From: Proteromonas lacertae
Taxonomy: Eukaryota
Reading direction: 5' to 3'
Assembly: GCA_002245135.1 (NCBI GenBank)
Contig: NGBS01001194.1
Location: 62,001-97,331 of the forward strand
DNA length: 35,331 nucleotides
The notes beneath the pieces are model-generated. The model made no database searches. It saw only the letters and a list, made by a program, of their open reading frames with translations, and was not told the origin of the DNA. This document shows, piece by piece, positions 1-10,300 of the stretch (the stretch's first letter is position 1; each line of letters starts with the position of its first letter). Position numbers and translations under genes: made by a program.

Positions 1-1115
1 TTTGTAATAAAAATTCCTTCGTTTTACTATGAAAATAGTTCTGTTTCTTCTCAAAACAAGTTGAAGGAAATTCATTTAATGGTTTATTAATCACTTCAGT
101 ATCATAGATTAACGTTCTACATAATACAATATAATAACGATTATCATTGGATAATTTATTCTGTAAATTCTGAAATGTCACATATTTTGAAAATAAAAAT
201 GGAGGAAATAATGGTTTTGATTCTTTTACTAAACTTTCCAGCGGATTATATTCGTTAATTGGAGTATACCAAAGTTTAAATACTCTTTTTTCTTTATGGG
301 AAGTTGAGAATCCATATACTGCAACATGAGCTAAAGATTCTGTTGGAATTAATGTAAATAATCCATTCAATGAATATTTCTTTAATTTTTGTTTTTCATC
401 GTTGAATTGAGTTAATAAATAATTATTTGTTAATTTATAAACATTTTCAACTGTTATTCCATCATATTCTGTTTTTCGGAAATAACTAGGTGATATATTC
501 TCCATTACTGCTTTTATACATCGATCTCTAGTTGTATCTCCTTCTTTTAATTCTTCTAATATGATTTTTTCATTACAATATGTATTTACATATAAACTGA
601 ACAATTCTAATTTGTAAGTTTCATCCACAGATTTTTGATCAACTTCAAGTAATTTCATTTTGTAATTTGTTACACAGTTATTTAATGACATGTCAATTTG
701 TAATATTGATTTACATAACACAGATATTTCAACGGAATAGTAATCAAATAATATGGTTATTACTTTCCACCATAATCGGATTGGTTTTATAAAATCATTG
801 AAATTTTGTTCATCAGTTAGACTGGTAGTTGATAATAAGTGAGATCTTGTATTGGCTGTTAAAGACAGATGTAACATTAGGGATTGTATTGATCTGTGTA
901 TATCCTTTATTTTCGAATAGGAATTAGATTCTATTACTTTAGAAAGACTTACTTACATACCTCTTTTCATTATATCAATCAAATAATCGGATATTTTATT
1001 CATTCCATTTAAACAATCTTTACTATACAATTTTATATCATCAAATATACGATAACATGTGTTGAACAGATAAATAGTCTAAATCTGTTATTATATTATC
1101 TTCTTCTGTTGCCAT
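1..1115 (-). CDS. Spliced gene, 3'-truncated at the window edge: join(1051..1115, 961..1022, <1..930), >=352 aa. Hypothetical protein with a possible PARP/ADP-ribosyltransferase-like C-terminal region
   Basis: Hand translation from ATG at 1115 gives MATEEDNIITDLDYLSVQHMLS|KDCLNGMNKISDYLIDIMKR|ESNSYSKIKDIHRSIQSLMLHLSL...LWWKVITILFDYY...DGITVENVYKLTNNYLLTQFNDEKQKLKKYSLNGLFTLIPTESLAHVAVYGFST...FLFSKY...RYYIVLCRTLIYD...KEFLLQ. The frame is stop-free over 930 nt of AT-rich DNA, and removing two GT-AG introns joins it to the ATG. It is absent from the ORF track because it has no stop inside the window. Confidence 0.85.
931..960 (-). other. Spliceosomal intron 2, 30 nt
   Basis: Minus-strand sequence is AG|GTATGTAAGTAAGTCTTTCTAAAGTAATAG|AA, with a canonical GTATGT donor, a TAG acceptor and an in-frame TAA inside. 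Removal links two open exons. An in-frame alternative AAG acceptor (24-nt intron) cannot be excluded. Confidence 0.8.
1023..1050 (-). other. Spliceosomal intron 1, 28 nt
   Basis: Minus-strand sequence is GTATATTTGATGATATAAAATTGTATAG. It contains the in-frame TGA that otherwise ends the ATG frame. Removal gives TTA TC|T AAA GAT, in frame with exon 2. Confidence 0.75.
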
Positions 1116-1372
1116 TCTATTTATATTACTAATTATTAATATTATAAAACTATATAAACTTCTATACAATTCAGATTTCAAATTTCGTTTTAAAATGGAT
1201 CAAGTTTTGAATCAAGCCTACTTTATATTTTGAATGAATTTTATCTTTGAGAATGTTATTATGATTAAGTAAATCTTAATAAACAATATATGAAAGACAA
1301 GTATTAAAAATATATAAATTCTTAAACTAATCTTTCTTTCAATTAACAATATAAGGTATATATATTGATGAT

Positions 1373-4300
1373 TTAGTTTTGATGAGCATTTTTCTTCTGT
1401 TGAGCTTTCAATACTATCTCTTCATTCTTCTTCTCAGCTGCTTTGTTTGTTGTGGTGGAAATCTTTCCATTATTTTCATCGATTATTAATGGTCTTGTCC
1501 AAGCATCACCAGCTTTAGGTTTTTGATTCTTAAAATCTCTGAAACATTCTACCCATTTCTTACATATTTCTACTCCATTTTCACTTTCTACTTTCAAATG
1601 AATCTTTCTTTCTTTATCACCAACTTCAAAGGTCTTTAAGTTTGATTCATTGATCTTTAATATTAATGTGAAATCATTAGCACCATCACTATATTCAATA
1701 CCACTGTAACAACTTAATGGAATACTTTGTTTCTCATCAATATATACTTTACCATAATAACTAGGAACCATTGAATCATAGATTCTAAACATAGCTGGTT
1801 CAAAATATAATACACAATATCTTCGTTGATATTTATCTACTATTCTATCTCTTCCTTCTTTCAATAAATATCCTTCCATTATTACTTCATAACTAAATGG
1901 TTTGTAAATATCATCATCTGTTACTTCATTTTCTTGTTTTATTTTATCAATTGGAATTATTGTTTCCATTATCTTTTCACTCTTTTCAATATCATTCTTG
2001 GATGATTTTGAGGATGATTTAGATGTTGATATAACTATTATTGCGATAATTATTCCAATTAATAATACACCTACTACACATATTATTAATATCACCCACC
2101 AATATTCTTCTGCCCAAGACTTATCTTCTTTTGTTGAAGGAGAATGATCAACTTTATTACCAATTTGTGTTTTTGGAGTAAATGGATTTAAAGGATCTTT
2201 CTTAATATAATTCTCTTTTGCAGATTTTGTTATATTTTCAAATGTAGTTGAAAATTTTGGTTCTCCTATAAATGATGCTAATATAGAATGTATGTTTTCA
2301 TTCTTTACAATTTCATCAGGCAATTCTTTTAGTACTTCATTTACTAAATCATTACCATTTGTATCAGTGTCAATATTACTATCACTTGGAGTAACAATTG
2401 ATAAAATTGTATTTGCAAATTCTATTGGATATGGTTTAACATTATTCCAATTAAAACCATCACTAGCTAAATTTCTTTTGTTTTTATCTGGTGTTGGTAT
2501 TTGTATTTTACTACTTTCATTATCATATTGACTATTTTCAATATATGTTAATACAAATCTTATCTTATAATCTGCTAAATCATCATCATTTGTATTGAAT
2601 TCAATCCAATATGGACTTCCACTGAATAAATTTGTTAAAGATTGTTTAAATACTTCAAAGAATTTTCTAAAATTACTATTTCCATCACCATTATCTACAA
2701 ATGAATAATGTCCTTGTACTTTTGTACACCATTCTGTAGTATATTTCCTTTCACAACATAAACCTATTGGATCTTCTCCACCAGGTATTTTACATTCATT
2801 ATCATGATAAACTTGAATATCATATGATGTTTCTAAATTATAATCATTTTCATCATCTTCTTTAAATACTACTCTCATTGTATCAAAATCATCTTTAACA
2901 GATGTTATTGTTGTGATATTCTTTATTTTTATATCTTTCCATTCAAATGTGGAATTATTCTTCACTTCTTTTATATTATTATCTTCATTTGTATATAAAC
3001 TATACTTATTTTTATACTCTTCAGCAACTTTAAATGACATTGTAACTTCTTTTCTACTTAAAGCAAATCCATCTTTTTCTTCTTCACTTACTGTTGGATA
3101 ACTAATTACTATTGTAGAGTTAAACTCTTTATCATTATAAACCATTACTGGTATTTTTGATAAATATTTATTTATTGAAGGTTTATAATCAATTACTGCT
3201 ATTGTTATTTTTGTTTCAGCATTATTATTACCATTAGTACATCTAATTCTACAATCAACATAGTCTATTTCATATTGTGTATCTATTGTTATTATACCAC
3301 TAACACTATTTATTGAAATTTCACTATTTTTATTTCCAAAATCTGTTCTGTTAATATATCTACACTCAATAAATTCAAAACTACTATCATTTTTTATAGG
3401 ACTAATGTTTTGAATATTATTTTCAGTACTTTTCACATATTTATAAGTCATTTTTTCATACTTACATGTTGGTATAACATTTGGCACAATGGTTGTAGAT
3501 GAATCAATAGCTGTAGTTGATTCATAATAAGTAGTAGTAGTATCATTACTACCATTTGAGCATGAGTCTCTATGTATACATTTTTTCATTATAGTTATAG
3601 CATCTGAATCACTTGTCTTCATTATAATTGCATCATAATCAGAACCAGATCCACTAACAAATGTAGCTTTATCATTTTTATCATCTATTGGATAGGCTAT
3701 TGTAAATTCACCTAAAACAGTAGCACATTTAGATGGTTCAGTTTTACAATCATTTAATTCTTCACTGTTTGTATCAATTATACATTCAAAATCATTCTTT
3801 GTATATATTTTGTTCCTGTTATTGTTCTTCCGTCATCACTCTTCGCAGTACTAGTTTCAGCAATATAATGAGTAAAACTTTCTCCTTTCATCTTTATTAT
3901 ATCAGTTCCTTTGATATAGAATTTTGTATCAGAATCTTTTGCTAAACTAAATGTTAAGATTGCATCAACTGGCACTTCGGGTGGATTTACAGGTTTAGGA
4001 GTAGGTTTACATGTGTCTTGTTTTATATTTTTAGCTATTAATTCAGCAATTGTATTATCAGCTGTTTTGATTTCTATGGCATTATATGTTCCATCAGATG
4101 GACTAACAAATGTAGCTTTATCATTTTTATCATCTATTGGATAGGCTATTGTAAATTCACCTAAAACAGTAGCACATTTAGATGGTTCAGTTTTACAATC
4201 ATTTAATTCTTCACTGTTTGCATCAATTATACATTCAAAATCATTCTTTGGTATATATTTTGTTCCTGTTATTGTTCTTCCGTCATCACTCTTCGCAGTA

Positions 4301-7300
4301 CTAGTTTCAGCAATATAATGAGTAAAACTTTCTCCTTTCATCTTTATTATATCAGTTCCTTTGATATAGAATTTTGTATCAGAATCTTTTGCTAAACTAA
4401 ATGTTAAGATTGCATCAACTGGCACTTCGGGTGGATTTACAGGTTTAGGAGTAGGTTTACATGTGTCTTGTTTTATATTTTTAGCTATTAATTCAGCAAT
4501 TGTATTATCAGCTGTTTTGATTTCTATGGCATTATATGTTCCATCAGATGGACTAACAAATGTAGCTTTATCATTTTTATCATCTATTGGATAGGCTATT
4601 GTAAATTCACCTAAAACAGTAGCACATTTAGATGGTTCAGTTTTACAATCATTTAATTCTTCACTGTTTGTATCAATTATACATTCAAAATCATTCTTTG
4701 GTATATATTTTGTTCCTGTTATTGTTCTTCCGTCATCATTCTTCGCAGTACTAGTTTCAGCAATATAATGAGTAAAACTTTCTCCTTTCATCTTTATTAT
4801 ATCAGTTCCTTTGATATAGAATTTTGTATCAGAATCTTTTGCTAAACTAAATGTTAAGATTGCATCAACTGGCACTTCGGGTGGATTTACAGGTTTAGGA
4901 GTAGGTTTACATGTGTCTTGTTTTATATTTTTAGCTATTAATTCAGCAATTGTATTATCAGCTGTTTTGATTTCTATGGCATTATATGTTCCATCAGATG
5001 GACTAACAAATGTAGCTTTATCATTTTTATCATCTATTGGATAGGCTATTGTAAATTCACCTAAAACAGTAGCACATTTAGATGGTTCAGTTTTACAATC
5101 ATTTAATTCTTCACTGTTTGTATCAATTATACATTCAAAATCATTCTTTGGTATATATTTTGTTCCTGTTATTGTTCTTCCGTCATCATTCTTCGCAGTA
5201 CTAGTTTCAGCAATATAATGAGTAAAACTTTCTCCTTTCATCTTTATTATATCAGTTCCTTTGATATAGAATTTTGTATCAGAATCTTTTGCTAAACTAA
5301 ATGTTAAGATTGCATCAACTGGCACTTCGGGTGGATTTACAGGTTTAGGAGTAGGTTTACATGTGTCTTGTTTTATATTTTTAGCTATTAATTCAGCAAT
5401 TGTATTATCAGCTGTTTTGATTTCTATGGCATTATATGTTCCATCAGATGGACTAACAAATGTAGCTTTATCATTTTTATCATCTATTGGATAGGCTATT
5501 GTAAATTCACCTAAAACAGTAGCACATTTAGATGGTTCAGTTTTTACAATCATTTAATTCTTCACTGTTTGTATCAATTATACATTCAAAATCATTCTTT
5601 GGTATATATTTTGTTCCTGTTATTGTTCTTTCCGTCATCACTCTTCGCAGTACTAGTTTCAGGCAATATAATGAGTAAAACTTTCTCCTTTCATCTTTAT
5701 TATATCAGTTCCTTTGATATAGAATTTTGTATCAGAATCTTTTGCTAAACTAAATGTTAAGATTGCATCAACTGGCACTTCGGGTGGATTTACAGGTTTA
5801 GGAGTAGGTTTACATGTGTCTTGTTTTATATTTTTAGCTATTAATTCAGCAATTGTATTATCAGCTGTTTTGATTTCTATGGCATTATATGTTCCATCAG
5901 ATGGACTAACAAATGTAGCTTTATCATTTTTATCATCTATTGGATAGGCTATTGTAAATTCACCTAAAACAGTAGCACATTTAGATGGTTCAGTTTTACA
6001 ATCATTTAATTCTTCACTGTTTGTATCAATTATACATTCAAAATCATTCTTTGGTATATATTTTGTTCCTGTTATTGTTCTTCCCGTCATCACTCTTCGC
6101 AGTACTAGTTTCAGCAATATAATGAGTAAAACTTTCTCCTTTCATCTTTATTATATCAGTTCCTTTGATATAGAATTTTGTATCAGAATCTTTTGCTAAA
6201 CTAAATGTTAAGATTGCATCAACTGGCACTTTCGGGTGGATTTACAGGTTTAGGAGTAGGTTTACATGTGTCTTGTTTTATATTTTTAGCTATTAATTCA
6301 GGCAATTGTATTATCAGCTGTTTTGATTTCTATGGCATTATATGTTCCATCAGATGGACTAACAAATGTAGCTTTATCATTTTTATCATCTATTGGATAG
6401 GCTATTGTAAATTCACCTAAAACAGTAGCACATTTAGATGGTTCAGTTTTACAATCATTTAATTCTTCACTGTTTGTATCAATTATACATTCAAAATCAT
6501 TCTTTGGTATATATTTTGTTCCTGTTATTGTTCTTCCGTCATCATTCTTCGCAGTACTAGTTTCAGCAATATAATGAGTAAAACTTTCTCCTTTCATCTT
6601 TATTATATCAGTTCCTTTGATATAGAATTTTGTATCAGAATCTTTTGCTAAACTAAATGTTAAGATTGCATCAACTGGCACTTCGGGTGGATTTACAGGT
6701 TTAGGAGTAGGTTTACATGTGTCTTGTTTTATATTTTTAGCTATTAATTCAGCAATTGTATTATCAGCTGTTTTGATTTCTATGGCATTATATGTTCCAT
6801 CAGATGGACTAACAAATGTAGCTTTATCATTTTTATCATCTATTGGATAGGCTATTGTAAATTCACCCTAAAACAGTAGCACATTTAGATGGTTCAGTTT
6901 TACAATCATTTAATTCTTCACTGTTTGCATCAATTATACATTCAAAATCATTCTTTGGTATATATTTTGTTCCTGTTATTGTTCTTCCGTCATCACTCTT
7001 CGCAGTACTAGTTTCAGCAATATAATGAGTAAAACTTTCTCCTTTCATCTTTATTATATCAGTTCCTTTGATATAGAATTTTGTATCAGAATCTTTTGCT
7101 AAACTAAATGTTAAGATTGCATCAACTGGCACTTCGGGTGGATTTACAGGTTTAGGAGTAGGTTTACATGTGTCTTGTTTTATATTTTTAGCTATTAATT
7201 CAGCAATTGTATTATCAGCTGTTTTGATTTCTATGGCATTATATGTTCCATCAGATGGACTAACAAATGTAGCTTTATCATTTTTATCATCTATTGGATA

Positions 7301-10300
7301 GGCTATTGTAAATTCACCTAAAACAGTAGCACATTTAGATGGTTCAGTTTTACAATCATTTAATTCTTCACTGTTTGCATCAATTATACATTCAAAATCA
7401 TTCTTTGGTATATATTTTGTTCCTGTTATTGTTCTTCCGTCATCATTCTTCGCAGTACTAGTTTCAGCAATATAATGAGTAAAACTTTCTCCTTTCATCT
7501 TTATTATATCAGTTCCTTTGATATAGAATTTTGTATCAGAATCTTTTGCTAAACTAAATGTTAAGATTGCATCAACTGGCACTTCGGGTGGATTTACAGG
7601 TTTAGGAGTAGGTTTACATGTGTCTTGTTTTATATTTTTAGCTATTAATTCAGCAATTGTATTATCAGCTGTTTTGATTTCTATGGCATTATATGTTCCA
7701 TCAGATGGACTAACAAATGTAGCTTTATCATTTTTATCATCTATTGGATAGGCTATTGTAAATTCACCTAAAACAGTAGCACATTTAGATGGTTCAGTTT
7801 TACAATCATTTAATTCTTCACTGTTTGTATCAATTATACATTCAAAATCATTCTTTGGTATATATTTTGTTCCTGTTATTGTTCTTCCGTCATCACTCTT
7901 CGCAGTACTAGTTTCAGCAATATAATGAGTAAAACTTTCTCCTTTCATCTTTATTATATCAGTTCCTTTGATATAGAATTTTGTATCAGAATCTTTTGCT
8001 AAACTAAATGTTAAGATTGCATCAACTGGCACTTCGGGTGGATTTACAGGTTTAGGAGTAGGTTTACATGTGTCTTGTTTTATATTTTTAGCTATTAATT
8101 CAGCAATTGTATTATCAGCTGTTTTGATTTCTATGGCATTATATGTTCCATCAGATGGACTAACAAATGTAGCTTTATCATTTTTATCATCTATTGGATA
8201 GGCTATTGTAAATTCACCTAAAACAGTAGCACATTTAGATGGTTCAGTTTTACAATCATTTAATTCTTCACTGTTTGCATCAATTATACATTCAAAATCA
8301 TTCTTTGGTATATATTTTGTTCCTGTTATTGTTCTTCCGTCATCACTCTTCGCAGTACTAGTTTCAGCAATATAATGAGTAAAACTTTCTCCTTTCATCT
8401 TTATTATATCAGTTCCTTTGATATAGAATTTTGTATCAGAATCTTTTGCTAAACTAAATGTTAAGATTGCATCAACTGGCACTTCGGGTGGATTTACAGG
8501 TTTAGGAGTAGGTTTACATGTGTCTTGTTTTATATTTTTAGCTATTAATTCAGCAATTGTATTATCAGCTGTTTTGATTTCTATGGCATTATATGTTCCA
8601 TCAGATGGACTAACAAATGTAGCTTTATCATTTTTATCATCTATTGGATAGGCTATTGTAAATTCACCTAAAACAGTAGCACATTTAGATGGTTCAGTTT
8701 TACAATCATTTAATTCTTCACTGTTTGCATCAATTATACATTCAAAATCATTCTTTGGTATATATTTTGTTCCTGTTATTGTTCTTCCGTCATCACTCTT
8801 CGCAGTACTAGTTTCAGCAATATAATGAGTAAAACTTTCTCCTTTCATCTTTATTATATCAGTTCCTTTGATATAGAATTTTGTATCAGAATCTTTTGCT
8901 AAACTAAATGTTAAGATTGCATCAACTGGCACTTCGGGTGGATTTACAGGTTTAGGAGTAGGTTTACATGTGTCTTGTTTTATATTTTTAGCTATTAATT
9001 CAGCAATTGTATTATCAGCTGTTTTGATTTCTATGGCATTATATGTTCCATCAGATGGACTAACAAATGTAGCTTTATCATTTTTATCATCTATTGGATA
9101 GGCTATTGTAAATTCACCTAAAACAGTAGCACATTTAGATGGTTCAGTTTTACAATCATTTAATTCTTCACTGTTTGCATCAATTATACATTCAAAATCA
9201 TTCTTTGGTATATATTTTGTTCCTGTTATTGTTCTTCCGTCATCACTCTTCGCAGTACTAGTTTCAGCAATATAATGAGTAAAACTTTCTCCTTTCATCT
9301 TTATTATATCAGTTCCTTTGATATAGAATTTTGTATCAGAATCTTTTGCTAAACTAAATGTTAAGATTGCATCAACTGGCACTTCGGGGTGGATTTACAG
9401 GTTTAGGAGTAGGTTTACATGTGTCTTGTTTTATATTTTTAGCTATTAATTCAGCAATTGTATTATCAGCTGTTTTGATTTCTATGGCATTATATGTTCC
9501 ATCAGATGGACTAACAAATGTAGCTTTATCATTTTTATCATCTATTGGATAGGCTATTGTAAATTCACCTAAAACAGTAGCACATTTAGATGGTTCAGTT
9601 TTACAATCATTTAATTCTTCACTGTTTGCATCATTATACATTCAAAATCATTCTTTGGTATATATTTTGTTCCTGTTTATTGTTCTTCCGTCATCACTCC
9701 TTCGCAGTACTAGTTTCAGCAATATAATGAGTAAAACTTTCTCCTTTCATCTTTATTATATCAGTTCCTTTGATATAGAATTTTGTATCAGAATCTTTTG
9801 CTAAACTAAATGTTAAGATTGCATCAACTGGCACTTCGGGTGGATTTACAGGTTTAGGAGTAGGTTTACATGTGTCTTGTTTTATATTTTTAGCTATTAA
9901 TTCAGCAATTGTATTATCAGCTGTTTTGATTTCTATGGCATTATATGTTCCATCAGATGGACTAACAAATGTAGCTTTATCATTTTTATCATCTATTGGA
10001 TAGGCTATTGTAAATTCACCTAAAACAGTAGCACATTTAGATGGTTCAGTTTTACAATCATTTAATTCTTCACTGTTTGCATCAATTATACATTCAAAAT
10101 CATTCTTTGGTATATATTTTGTTCCTGTTATTGTTCTTCCGTCATCATTCTTCGCAGTACTAGTTTCAGCAATATAATGAGTAAAACTTTCTCCTTTCAT
10201 CTTTATTATATCAGTTCCTTTGATATAGAATTTTGTATCAGAATCTTTTGCTAAACTAAATGTTAAGATTGCATCAACTGGCACTTCGGGTGGATTTACA

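Noticed and set aside
1278..1285. Minus-strand TGTTTATT as a Blastocystis-type TGTTTGTT 3'-end motif, or a polyadenylation-created stop codon
   Set aside because: It has one mismatch in very AT-rich DNA, and the gene already has a genomic TAA at 1373-1375.
3620..3622. Met at 3622 as the true start of the TM-PH protein
   Set aside because: No signal peptide follows it, the frame stays open upstream into the repeat, and the Met lies inside the diverged last domain.
1..3652. Ciliate-type reassigned genetic code to explain the stops near 954 and 1041
   Set aside because: More than 1,000 codons of unique AT-rich CDS contain no in-frame TAA, TAG or TGA. Both stops lie in GT-AG-bounded segments, and the first needs a frame change that readthrough cannot give.
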